A stretch of DNA of 60,459 nucleotides from Marmoricola sp. Its GTDB lineage: Bacteria > Actinomycetota > Actinomycetes > Propionibacteriales > Nocardioidaceae. The translations under genes were made by a program, and so were the position numbers. The DNA lies in the NCBI GenBank assembly GCA_045806765.1, contig JBJMIO010000053.1, forward strand, positions 1 through 60,459, in the 5' to 3' direction. Positions within the stretch are counted from its first letter, which is position 1, and each line of letters starts with the position of its first letter. Positions 18,381 to 31,823 of this stretch are shown here, one piece after another. The notes beneath the pieces are model-generated. The model saw only the letters and a program-made list of their open reading frames with translations. It had not been told where the DNA came from and made no database searches.

Positions 18381-18430
18381 CTTAAACTATACACAAACGA
18401 TTGAGTTTGTTTTTTTGATGAACTTAATTT
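18381..18430 (-). promoter_or_regulatory. AT-rich promoter/operator region of the pst-like cluster
   Basis: -10 TATAGT (18391-18386), inverted repeat ACAAAC-N6-GTTTGT (18393-18410), a T tract, and ATTAAGTTCA. Confidence 0.55.
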
Positions 18431-18538
18431 GCTCGAGAGACGTGCGTCACGCCAGGTCGAGCGGGCCCGTTCCGCCATCCGAGTGCGGCCTTCCTGCCGA
18501 AAGAGTGGGGTCCTTCTCCCGGGTTCGGCTCCGAGCAC

Positions 18539-18562
18539 AACCTTTTGGGGTGCTCGCGCGTC
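18539..18562 (+). promoter_or_regulatory. ECF-type promoter, probably autoregulatory
   Basis: AACC-N16-CGTC directly upstream of the SigE-family gene. Confidence 0.5.
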
Positions 18563-18593
18563 CTCGGTTCGACGGAAGAGGATGGAGACCTCC

Positions 18594-19118
18594 ATGAACC
18601 CAGCACTGCATCCGGGAAGGCAGGTCGGAGCCGTGGGACCTGCCGAGGACGACGGTGGCTTCGAGGCCTTCGTGCGCGCCCGGCTCCAGCACCTGCTGCG
18701 GTTCGGGTACGTGCTGACCGGCAGCGAGCACGCCGCAGCCGACCTGGTGCAGGACGCCCTGGAGCGCAGCCTGCTGCGCTGGTCGCGGATCACCAGCGAC
18801 GACCCGGAGGGCTACGTGCGGCGCACCATGGTCAACCGGAGCATCTCGGTGTGGCGCAAGCTCGGTCGCGAGCGGGTCACCGACGAGGTCCCGGTCGGGA
18901 CGTACCGCGATCCCGAGCGCGACGAGGCGCTCCTCGCCGCCCTGCGCCGGCTGCCGGCGCGCCAGCGTGCCGTGATCGCGCTGCGCTACTACGAGGACCT
19001 CACCGAGGCACGGACCGCGCAGGTCCTCGGGTGCTCGATCGGCACCGTGAAGAGCCAGTCGAGCCTGGCGATGACCCGGCTGCGCACCCTTCTCGAGACC
19101 ACCCAGGAGGAGTCGTGA
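18594..19118 (+). CDS. SigE-family ECF sigma factor
   Basis: FEAFVRAR...AADLVQDAL..RW...YVRRTMVN...LPARQRAVIALRYYEDL...GTVKSQ; GGAG RBS before ATG 18594. Confidence 0.93.
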   Translation: MNPALHPGRQVGAVGPAEDDGGFEAFVRARLQHLLRFGYVLTGSEHAAADLVQDALERSLLRWSRITSDDPEGYVRRTMVNRSISVWRKLGRERVTDEVPVGTYRDPERDEALLAALRRLPARQRAVIALRYYEDLTEARTAQVLGCSIGTVKSQSSLAMTRLRTLLETTQEES

Positions 19119-20326
19119 ACGACTTCGAGGACCGGCTGCGCGCCGGGTTGCGCACCGCGCCGGCGACCAGGGAGACCGACCAGGTGCTCGCGGAGGTGAA
19201 GCGGGGCGCCGTACGGCGTCACCGCAGGCGGGCCGCCGCGCTGGCCGCGGCGACCGCTGTCGTCGTCGCCGGCGCGATCGCCTCGACCGTGGCCCTCACC
19301 GGTGGCAGGCAGGCGTCCCAAGGCCCGGACCCCGCGCCCGAACCGACCCTGCCGGCCCTACCGCGCGATGCCGCACGGGGCGTCATCGACGTCTCCGCAG
19401 CCGCGCCTGGCGCGGTGTACCGGCTGACGACCAACGTCGGCTGCGTCGCGTGCTCCACGGTCTGGCGGGAGACCAGGTCGGCGGGCGGCTGGCAGCGGCT
19501 GCACGACTTCGGCGCCGAGGCGTACGGCGGACGGCCCGACCCCATGTTCGGGCCGGTCGAGCGCGTCGTCATGGACCCCGACGGCGACGGCTGGGCCTGG
19601 GGACGCCTCCTGCTCGCCACCCACGACGGCGGCCGGACCTGGGACCGGGTCACGACCGGCCCGGGTCGCACCGTCTCGGACCGCGGCTACGAGGTCGTGC
19701 TGACCTCCCGCTACGCCTGGGCGCTGGACCGCTCGGACTCCGGGACCCGGCTGTGGCGCAGCGAGCTCGCCACGCAGGCGTGGACGCGCGTGGCCGCACC
19801 CGGTCTGAGCGGGGTCACGGGGATCACGACGACGGGTGACCAGGTCGTCCTCGAGACCTCCGACGAGGGGCTGGCGAACCCGCGGGTCGAGCGCAGCACG
19901 GACGGAACGAGCTGGACCAGCACCGCGGACCCGTGCTCGGGAGAACCGGACGTCCAGCCGGCCGGGTCCTCGCTCTTCCTGCTGTGCCCTAGCGGTGCCG
20001 CCACCGAGGCGACGCCCTCGAGGAGCGCGGCGGTCCGCGAGCTCACCGCCGGCACCTGGAGCCTCGCCGGGCAGTCGCACGGAGTGGTCACCGCAGTGAA
20101 GGGGATCGGGGACCGCCGGCTCCTGGTGGTGCACGAGGGCGGCCGCGCGAGCCTCTTCACCGCAGGCACCAGTACCGAGGTCGACCTGGGGTTGGAGCCC
20201 GGCGAGGAGATCGGCAGCGCGAGCTGGAACGGCGAGGACGTGCTCGTCTGCGTCTTCGGCGACCACGGGACCAACCGGCTGATCCGGTCCTCGGACGGCG
20301 GACGTGCGTGGTCGCCCTCGCCCTAG
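19115..20326 (+). CDS. Putative anti-sigma membrane protein with an exported BNR/beta-propeller-like domain
   Basis: GTGA overlap with the sigma stop; EDRLRAGL...RRHRRR then TM; THDGGRTW, STDGTSW, SSDGGRAW Asp-box repeats. Confidence 0.7.
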   Translation: MNDFEDRLRAGLRTAPATRETDQVLAEVKRGAVRRHRRRAAALAAATAVVVAGAIASTVALTGGRQASQGPDPAPEPTLPALPRDAARGVIDVSAAAPGAVYRLTTNVGCVACSTVWRETRSAGGWQRLHDFGAEAYGGRPDPMFGPVERVVMDPDGDGWAWGRLLLATHDGGRTWDRVTTGPGRTVSDRGYEVVLTSRYAWALDRSDSGTRLWRSELATQAWTRVAAPGLSGVTGITTTGDQVVLETSDEGLANPRVERSTDGTSWTSTADPCSGEPDVQPAGSSLFLLCPSGAATEATPSRSAAVRELTAGTWSLAGQSHGVVTAVKGIGDRRLLVVHEGGRASLFTAGTSTEVDLGLEPGEEIGSASWNGEDVLVCVFGDHGTNRLIRSSDGGRAWSPSP

Positions 20327-20358
20327 CCGGTCACGGGCACCGGGCGAGGCCGGGAACC

Positions 20359-20380
20359 TGTCCGTGCCGTGGGACATGAT
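20359..20380 (+). promoter_or_regulatory. PafBC-type promoter of lhr-nei (leaderless)
   Basis: TGTCCG-N10-CATGAT-N6-GTG. Confidence 0.65.
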
Positions 20381-20386
20381 GGGTCG

Positions 20387-24992
<4,606 letters not shown>

Positions 24993-25000
<8 letters not shown>

Positions 25001-25775
25001 GGGCGACACCGTCTGGCAGGCCGCACGCCGGCTGGATGCCCTGAGCGGCCAGGTCCTCACGGGCTCCGACTTCCGCATCCCGAGCCTGGCAGAAGTCGAC
25101 CTCAGCGGTCGTCGGGTGCTCGAGACCCTCAGCCGCGGCAAGCACCTGCTGATGCGGCTCCAGGACGGGATGACGCTGCACTCGCACCTGAAGATGGAGG
25201 GCGCCTGGGACGTGCAGCCGCTCGGTGGACCGCGGCGCCGTCCCGAGCACGAGATCCGCGCGGTGCTGAGGACCGAGAAGAACCTCGCCACCGGGTACGC
25301 CGTCCTGCTCGACCTGGTCCCCACCGACGCGGAGCACAGCCTGGTCGGTCACCTGGGCCCCGACCTGCTCGGCCCCGACTGGGACCCCGTGGAGGCCGTG
25401 CGCCGCCTGCAGAGCCTGCCGCACGTCCCGATCGGCCAGGCCCTGCTCGACCAGCGCAACCTCGCCGGGATCGGCAACGTCTACCGCGCCGAGCTCTGCT
25501 TCCTCACCGGCGTCGACCCGCACACCCGCGTGGACGCCGTGCGCAACCTGCCCAAGATGGTGGCCCTGGCCCAGCACCTGCTGGAGACCCACCGCGACCG
25601 GCACAGCCGGATCACGACCGGTGATCGTCGTCCCGGCCGCCGGCTGTGGGTCTACCGTCGCCGGGGCCCGTGCCTGCGCTGCGGTACTCCGATCCTCATC
25701 GACGAGCTCGGACCCGAGGGGCAGGAGCGCACGGTGTGGTGGTGCCCGTCGTGCCAGCCCCCGGTGCCGGGCTGA
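24993..25775 (+). CDS. nei: Fpg/Nei family DNA glycosylase
   Basis: MPEGD N-terminus, RGKHL, AGIGNVY (H2TH), CxxC...CPSC zinc finger. Confidence 0.95.
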
Positions 25776-25853
25776 GCGGCTCACTTTCCGGCTGAGCGGT
25801 CCGCCCCTCGGCGAGCCGTGGTCGCCGGCCCTCTTCCTCGGCACAATGGGCGG

Positions 25854-26789
25854 ATGGAAGCGGACGACCTCGCGTCTGCGGACGACCTGTGGTGGTCGTG
25901 GGCGGTGCTCGCGGCCCAGGGTCGTCTGCCCGAGGACGCCGCGGCCGAGCTGGACACCGACCAGCACGTGCTCAGCTACTCCTACGGCTCGTCCTGGGCG
26001 TGCATGCAGCGCATCGGGGGCGGTCGCGCCGTGCTGTGGGGTGTCTGCGCGGCATCGCCCAAGGACGCGATCAGCCAGCACCTCGACGTACTCGAGGGCG
26101 CTCCGGACTGGGCGAGCTCGGATGCGGTGTACCGCTCGATCCGCGAGGCGAAGCCCGGCTTCCTGGCCTGGTACTCCCGCGACGGCTGGGACACCAGCAC
26201 CACCGGCATGTTCGGCGGAGTCGTCGACCTGCTCACCCCGCTGCTGCGTGCCGACCCGCGTTCGGTCGAGGCCGCCCGTGCCGGTGAGACCGAGGACGAG
26301 CTGCTGCGCGGTGCCCACGGTGTCGCGCACGTCGCGGCCCAGGGCTCGATCCGCAAGCGCCTGCGCAGCCAGATCCACCGCCAGATGCGTGAGGCGCCCG
26401 AGCGCGACCGCGGTCTCCCCGAGCGCCCGACCCTGCTCGCGCGCTGGTTGCGCGTCAGCGAGCCCGGGATCAGCTTCGTGCACACCGTGACCGTCGACGA
26501 GGGCGAGCTGGTCGAGCTCGGCGACGCGCCCTGGCTGCCCGAGGCGCTGCAGGTCAGCCTGACCAACATCCTGCGCGAGCTGCACCGCAGCGAGGCCGGC
26601 GAGGAATCAGGAGCCTGGATCGCCGCGCAGGTGCGGGTCGCCGCCGGACGGATCACGCTGGCACGCGCCTTCGACAGCCTCCCGCCCTGGTACGCCGGCA
26701 AGGGACCGACCATGCGAGCCCTCAGCTGGGAGATGCAGCAGCGCAGCCCCGCGTGGCGACCGGCCTGGGCGTCCTTGCTCCCCGGGTAG
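25854..26789 (+). CDS. Hypothetical Trp-rich protein
   Basis: GC3-rich frame; -10-like CACAAT 6 nt before ATG 25854; no family recognised with confidence. Confidence 0.7.
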   Translation: MEADDLASADDLWWSWAVLAAQGRLPEDAAAELDTDQHVLSYSYGSSWACMQRIGGGRAVLWGVCAASPKDAISQHLDVLEGAPDWASSDAVYRSIREAKPGFLAWYSRDGWDTSTTGMFGGVVDLLTPLLRADPRSVEAARAGETEDELLRGAHGVAHVAAQGSIRKRLRSQIHRQMREAPERDRGLPERPTLLARWLRVSEPGISFVHTVTVDEGELVELGDAPWLPEALQVSLTNILRELHRSEAGEESGAWIAAQVRVAAGRITLARAFDSLPPWYAGKGPTMRALSWEMQQRSPAWRPAWASLLPG

Positions 26790-26802
26790 GTCTCGAGCGG
26801 CC

Positions 26803-26878
26803 GTCAACGACGTAGAACTCGGCGAAACGCACCCGATTTGCGGTGCCTCGCCGAGTTTCACCGGTTGACCGGTGAAAC
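26803..26878. terminator. Two overlapping hairpins between convergent genes
   Basis: GAACTCGGCGA/TCGCCGAGTTT and the perfect GTTTCACCGGT-TG-ACCGGTGAAAC. Confidence 0.5.
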
Positions 26879-26886
26879 CTGGGGCT

Positions 26887-27531
26887 CTAGAGCAAGCGGC
26901 GCTCGTTCGCCCAGCGGGTCAGCTCGTGGCGGCTGGAGAGCTGGAGCTTGCGCAGGACCGAGCCCATGTGGGTCTCGACGGTCTTGATCGAGATGAACAG
27001 CTCGCCGGCGACCTCCTTGTAGGAGTAGCCGCGGGCGATCAGGCGCATGACCTCGCGCTCGCGCTCGGTGAGGCGGTCGAGGTCCTCGTCGACCGCGGCG
27101 ACCTCGATGGTGCCGGCGAAGGCGTCGAGGACGAAGCCGGCCAGGCGCGGGGAGAAGACCGCGTCACCGGCGGCGACGCGGTCGATGGCGTCGACCAGCT
27201 CTTCGCCGGTGATGGTCTTGGTGACGTAGCCGCGGGCACCCGAGCGGATCGTGCCGATCACGTCCTCGGCGGCGTCCGAGACGCTGAGGGCGAGGAACTT
27301 GGTGTCGACCGCCTTGCCGTGCGTACGCCGGATCACCTCGGCGCCGCCACCACCGGGCAGGTGCACGTCGAGCAGGACGACCTCCGGCTGACCGGCGATC
27401 ACCGCGGCGACGGCCTCGTCGACGTCGGCGGCCTCGGCCAGGACCTCCACGGCGTCGCCGAGCTCGGCGCGCACGCCGGCGCGGAACATCGCGTGGTCGT
27501 CCACGATCACGATGCTGTGTCGGCTGCTCAT
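26887..27531 (-). CDS. NarL/LuxR-family response regulator
   Basis: IVIVDDH, LLDVHLP, GYVTK, LTEREREV...ELFISIKTVETH. Confidence 0.95.
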   Translation of the reverse strand: MSSRHSIVIVDDHAMFRAGVRAELGDAVEVLAEAADVDEAVAAVIAGQPEVVLLDVHLPGGGGAEVIRRTHGKAVDTKFLALSVSDAAEDVIGTIRSGARGYVTKTITGEELVDAIDRVAAGDAVFSPRLAGFVLDAFAGTIEVAAVDEDLDRLTEREREVMRLIARGYSYKEVAGELFISIKTVETHMGSVLRKLQLSSRHELTRWANERRLL

Positions 27532-28820
27532 CAGGCGCTCCCGGTGGGTTGGCTCAGTCGGACCTCGGTGCCGCTGCCCGGCGTGCTGCGCACCTCGGCA
27601 GAACCTCCGTGGCGACGCATCCGCTCCACGATGCTGTCACGGACGCCGTGGCGGTCCTCGGCGATCGCCTCGGGGTCGAAGCCGGCGCCGCGGTCGCGCA
27701 CGAAGATCTCGACGGCGTCGGCGCGTGCCTCGGCGTAGACGTCGACCTTGCCGGCACCGGAGTGCCGTGCCGCGTTCACGACGGCCTCGCGGGTGGCGAG
27801 CACGAGCGGGCGCAGGTCCTCGGTCACCGCCGGGTCACCGACGCAGACGACCTCGACCGGTACGCCGTACGCGTCGTCGACCTCGCCGGCCAGGGTGCGC
27901 AGGGCGATCCCCAGGGTGGTCGCGTCGGCGCCGGTGGTGTCGAAGAGCCAGGCACGCAGGTCGCGCTCCTGAGAGCGCGCCAGGCGGGAGACCGCGGACG
28001 GGTCGTTTGCCGACTTCTGGATCAGCGCCAGGGTCTGCAGCACCGAGTCGTGCAGGTGCGCAGCGACGTCCGCGCGCTCCTGGGAGCGGACCCGCTCCGC
28101 GCGCTCCTCGCTGAGGTCGGAGGTCAGCCGGATCAGCCACGGTCCGGCGACCACCGCCACCCCGAGAAGTCCGAGCGCGGTGGCGACGCCGACGTCGCGC
28201 ACCGTGCCCCAGCCGCCACCGCCGACCGAGATCAGGATGATCGCGGAGACCACCATCACCGCACCGACGAGCAGGCGCAGGTACGGCGCCGGGCCGCCCT
28301 CGCCGACGACGACGCGGACCAGGCTGATCCGTCCGGTCGAGTCGACCCAGCGCTCGCGCTGCGCCTCGTCGGCCTGGCGCCACAGCACCGCTATGCCGCC
28401 GACGGCCAGCACGATCGGGCCCAGGAACTGCCCGTGCCCGGTGACCAGGCCGAGCAGCAGCGCGAAGCCGACGCCGATCGCTCCGAGGGCGAGCAGCGGC
28501 CCGTAGTCGGCCAGTCGCAGGCGCCGGCGGGGACGCTTGCCCTGGCGCTCGGCCGCGGCGAGGCCGGGCGCGGTGTCGTCGAAGTGCCGCTGCACCGGCA
28601 GCACCATCCAGAGCCCGGCGTAGAAGACGACCCCGAAGCCGCCCATGACGGTGGCCGCGACGAACCCGATCCGGACCCAGGTCAGCGGCAGCCCGAGGTG
28701 GTCGGCCAGACCCGCGGCGACACCGCCGACCATGCCGTCCTCGGAGTTGCGGTAGGCCTTGCGCGGCGCAGGCAGGGTGAGCCCGTCGACGGGCACAGCT
28801 CGCGGCGCTCGGGACCTCAT
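27531..28820 (-). CDS. PspC-domain sensor histidine kinase
   Basis: GGVAAGLADHLG..WVRIGF (PspC); AAHLHDSVLQ H-box; EAVVNAARHS, VRDRGAGF, GSGT. Confidence 0.92.
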   Translation of the reverse strand: MRSRAPRAVPVDGLTLPAPRKAYRNSEDGMVGGVAAGLADHLGLPLTWVRIGFVAATVMGGFGVVFYAGLWMVLPVQRHFDDTAPGLAAAERQGKRPRRRLRLADYGPLLALGAIGVGFALLLGLVTGHGQFLGPIVLAVGGIAVLWRQADEAQRERWVDSTGRISLVRVVVGEGGPAPYLRLLVGAVMVVSAIILISVGGGGWGTVRDVGVATALGLLGVAVVAGPWLIRLTSDLSEERAERVRSQERADVAAHLHDSVLQTLALIQKSANDPSAVSRLARSQERDLRAWLFDTTGADATTLGIALRTLAGEVDDAYGVPVEVVCVGDPAVTEDLRPLVLATREAVVNAARHSGAGKVDVYAEARADAVEIFVRDRGAGFDPEAIAEDRHGVRDSIVERMRRHGGSAEVRSTPGSGTEVRLSQPTGSA

Positions 28821-28854
28821 GCCCCCATCGTGGCATCCGCGGAGCCCCGGGACA

Positions 28855-28894
28855 TCAGGTGCGACCCCGACCGGAGATTCAGGGTCCTCCCCGA
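28855..28894. promoter_or_regulatory. Two TCAGGG-N4-CCCTGA-like palindromes in the divergent psp promoter
   Basis: TCAGGT-GCGA-CCCCGA (28855) and TCAGGG-TCCT-CCCCGA (28879). Confidence 0.55.
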
Positions 28895-28930
28895 TGGTGG
28901 TGGCCCCCGGCAGCGACCACGATGGAGGAC

Positions 28931-30199
28931 ATGAACGAGACCTCCTTCGACCCGGGCAACGCACCGGGTCCCCAGCAGCAGGCGCCGCAGCAGCAGGCGC
29001 CGCAGCCGGCACACCAGGACCTGGACCGGTTGCGCCGCAGCGTCTCGGACCGCTACGTCGCCGGTGTCGCCGGTGGCCTGGGCCGGCACTTCAACATCGA
29101 CCCGACGATCGTGCGGGTCCTGCTCGCGGTGCTCACCCTGTTCGGCGGCGCCGGCGTGCTGATCTACGCCGTGTGCTGGGCCTTCGTCCCGGAGGAGGGC
29201 AGCAACCGCGCCGCGGTCAACATCGGCAGCGACGCCCGGAAGATCCTGCTGCTCGCGGCCGCCGCGATCGCGGTGCTGCTGGCGATGGGAGACGCGTTCA
29301 GCGGCTACCACGCGGGCTGGCCGATCGCGAGCATCGCGGTGATCGTCGGCGTCGTGCTGATCGCGCGGGACAAGCGCAACGAGCGGCGCCACCCGCAGCC
29401 GACGTACCCGACCGAGCAGCCGTACGCCGCGGCACCGGGTGCCGGCTACACGGACCCGTCCACGACGTACGCCCGTGCTCCCTACACCCAGGACCCGGCG
29501 TACGACACGACCGTCCAGGCAGCGGTCCCGCCCGTGCCGCCCGCTTGGGCGCCGCCGGTCGCGCAGGCTCCGCTGCTGCCGCCGCACCCCAAGCGCACCG
29601 GGGTGATCTGGTTCTGGCCGACGCTGGCCATGATCGCCATCGCGATGGGCCTGATCGGCATCTACGACGCCAACCACCACGTCGAGGCCGGCGTCTACCC
29701 GGCGGTCGCGGTCGCGATCACCGGCGCGATGCTGGTCCTCGGTTCCTTCGTCGGGCGCTCGGGCGGACTGATCCTGGTCGGCCTGATCTCCACCGCCGCG
29801 CTCGGCATGGCCACGGTCGTGGGCACCTTCCACGTCGACGGCCGCGACCTGGACGTGAAGCCGCGGCTGGCCGCGAACGTGCAGCCCGAGTACCACACCC
29901 ACCTGGGCCGGATCCGCCTCGACCTGACCTCGGTCAGCGATCCGCAGGCCCTCGCCGGTCGCACCCTGCACCTGCACCTGAACGCCGGCCAGGTCGTGGT
30001 GGTCGTGCCCCGCTCGCTCAACGTCGAGATCGACGCGCGCCTCGGCTTCGCCGGAGGCATCCGGGTGCCGGGCTACGACGACGGCGGTTACCAGGACGCG
30101 ATCAACCGGCACGTGTCCGCCAGCCCGGCCAACTCCTCACCCGACCTCGTCCTGGACCTCGACGTCCGGGTCGGCCAGATCACCGTGGAGCAGCGATGA
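28931..30199 (+). CDS. PspC-domain membrane protein with LiaF/toastrack-like C-terminus
   Basis: LRRSVSDRYVAGVAGGLGRHFNIDPTIVRV; TM helices; C-terminal GRIRLDLT...GQVVVVVP...GQITV. Confidence 0.88.
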   Translation: MNETSFDPGNAPGPQQQAPQQQAPQPAHQDLDRLRRSVSDRYVAGVAGGLGRHFNIDPTIVRVLLAVLTLFGGAGVLIYAVCWAFVPEEGSNRAAVNIGSDARKILLLAAAAIAVLLAMGDAFSGYHAGWPIASIAVIVGVVLIARDKRNERRHPQPTYPTEQPYAAAPGAGYTDPSTTYARAPYTQDPAYDTTVQAAVPPVPPAWAPPVAQAPLLPPHPKRTGVIWFWPTLAMIAIAMGLIGIYDANHHVEAGVYPAVAVAITGAMLVLGSFVGRSGGLILVGLISTAALGMATVVGTFHVDGRDLDVKPRLAANVQPEYHTHLGRIRLDLTSVSDPQALAGRTLHLHLNAGQVVVVVPRSLNVEIDARLGFAGGIRVPGYDDGGYQDAINRHVSASPANSSPDLVLDLDVRVGQITVEQR

Positions 30200-30642
30200 G
30201 CACGAACACCACCACCCCGAGCACCACCCCGAGCACCACCCCGAGCAACACCCCGAGCACCAGCGGCGCCACCACCACCGGGCCCCGCCCCGTGGGCGTG
30301 ATCCACCTGATCTTCGGCCTGATCTTCGCAGGGCTCGCCGCGTTGTGGCTGATCGGCAACGCCAACGACGCCGACTTCCCCGACCTCGCCAAGGGGGTCC
30401 CGGCGGTGCTGATCGGTGCCGGCCTGGTCGGCCTCGGGGCGAGCGCGGTCAACCACCGCCGCGCCCGGGCCCGGCTGCTGGCCCGCGAGGTCGCCGAGGT
30501 CGCTGAGGACGCGGCACCCGAGCCGCAGGAGCCCGCCACGCAGGAGCCGGCCACCGAGCAGACCGACGTCCTCGCCACCACCGACGGTGACGAGACCCCC
30601 GAGCACACCCTGGTCATCGAGAACGAGAAGGACGAGTCATGA
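30196..30642 (+). CDS. Small two-TM protein of the psp operon
   Basis: ATGA overlaps at both ends; TTPS repeats, LIFGLIF, acidic tail. Confidence 0.75.
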   Translation: MSTNTTTPSTTPSTTPSNTPSTSGATTTGPRPVGVIHLIFGLIFAGLAALWLIGNANDADFPDLAKGVPAVLIGAGLVGLGASAVNHRRARARLLAREVAEVAEDAAPEPQEPATQEPATEQTDVLATTDGDETPEHTLVIENEKDES

Positions 30643-30893
30643 GCACCCCGAGCGACATCCCCACCCCGCCGCCGTACACGCCGCCGTACACGCCGCCTTT
30701 CACCGCGCCCAAGCAGCTGACCCGGCTCACCGAGGGGAAGATGGTCGCCGGCGTCTGCGCCGGCCTGGGTCACTACCTCGGGATCGACCCGACCCTGGTC
30801 CGCGTCGCCGCCGTCGTCGGGCTCGTGATGGCCTTCCCGGCTGCGGTCATCGCCTACGTGGTGGCGTGGCTGATCGTGCCCGCAGCGGCCTAG
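30639..30893 (+). CDS. pspC: Stand-alone PspC protein
   Basis: LTR..EGKMVAGVCAGLGHYLGIDPTLVRV...YVVAWLIVP. Confidence 0.9.
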   Translation: MSTPSDIPTPPPYTPPYTPPFTAPKQLTRLTEGKMVAGVCAGLGHYLGIDPTLVRVAAVVGLVMAFPAAVIAYVVAWLIVPAAA

Positions 30894-30894
30894 G

Positions 30895-31632
30895 TCACCG
30901 GCTGAGGCTGCGCGTGATCACCTGGTTGGCGGCGCGCTGGAAGCCGCTGACCACGGCCTCGAGGGTCAGCTGACGCAGCCGGGCCATGGTCTGCTCGAAC
31001 TGGGCCTTGTCGGCCTCGCTCTTCGGGCTCTCCAGGTACGGCGCGAGGACCCGGTCCTTGAGCACCGCTGTCAGCTCGTCGGCGAGCTCCTCCATGTGCC
31101 GGTTGATCGCCTCACCGGCAGCGACCATCGAGTCGACCGGGATCGGCAGGTCGAGGACCTGCAGGCCGACCGAGAAGGCGGGCAGGATCTCGTAGCGGCC
31201 GTCCTCGGTCTCCTGGATCGACAGGGTCGCGGCCAGCCGGGTGATCGCCTCGTCGTCGAGGTGGCGCCCGGCGCGGGTCTCGAGCTGGCGGCGGGTGACG
31301 ACCTCGTGACCCCCGGTCTTCCAGCTGGTCAGCATCGCCTTCTGCACCGCGAGGTCCTCCACCGAGGCGTCGGCGGGGATCTTGGCGAGGTACTTCTCGA
31401 TCGCGGCGAGCGTGAAGCCGTGGTCCTGGAGCGCCCGGATCAGCTCGAGGCGGGCGCGGTGGTGCGCGGAGTAGTAGGCCATCCGGCCACGTCGGATCGG
31501 CGGCGGGAGCAGGCCGAGACCGGCGTAGTAGCGGGTCGTGCGCACGGTCATGCCGGTGATCGAGGCCAGCTCGTCGACGGTGAACTCCTCGTCGGAGTAG
31601 GCCTCGGAGTCCTGGTCGACCGATGTGCTCAC
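30895..31632 (-). CDS. MerR-family transcriptional regulator
   Basis: FTVDELASITGMTVRTTRYYAGLGLLPPP...RLELIRALQ.HGFTLAAI. Confidence 0.9.
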   Translation of the reverse strand: MSTSVDQDSEAYSDEEFTVDELASITGMTVRTTRYYAGLGLLPPPIRRGRMAYYSAHHRARLELIRALQDHGFTLAAIEKYLAKIPADASVEDLAVQKAMLTSWKTGGHEVVTRRQLETRAGRHLDDEAITRLAATLSIQETEDGRYEILPAFSVGLQVLDLPIPVDSMVAAGEAINRHMEELADELTAVLKDRVLAPYLESPKSEADKAQFEQTMARLRQLTLEAVVSGFQRAANQVITRSLSR

Positions 31633-31672
31633 GACTCCACCTCACTCCTCGACCGGGCGTCACGCCGTACTG

Positions 31673-31780
31673 GAACGGTGCGACTGTAACAGTTGAACTG
31701 GCAGGTTTGTGGCCACTGTCGTGGCAGGCGTCACACGGCTCTTGTATCGTGACAGTATTGCTGTAACAGTTGCCTTGTCA
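31673..31780. promoter_or_regulatory. Cluster of TGACAG-N5-CTGTCA-like operators
   Basis: TGACAG-TATTG-CTGTAA (31750), TAACAG-TTGCC-TTGTCA (31764), TAACAG-TTGAA-CTGGCA (31687), GAACGG-TGCGA-CTGTAA (31673). Confidence 0.65.
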
Positions 31781-31823
31781 CCATCCAGCCGAGAGCACAC
31801 CCGAGAAGGGACGCCCCGCCCCC

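Noticed and set aside
6255-20326. Genomic island or mobile element
   Set aside because: No integrase, transposase, tRNA or flanking direct repeat seen; coding GC looks like the rest of the window.
30208-30262. 12 bp tandem repeat ACCACCCCGAGC
   Set aside because: Encodes a low-complexity TTPS tail in a psp gene; ordinary slippage.
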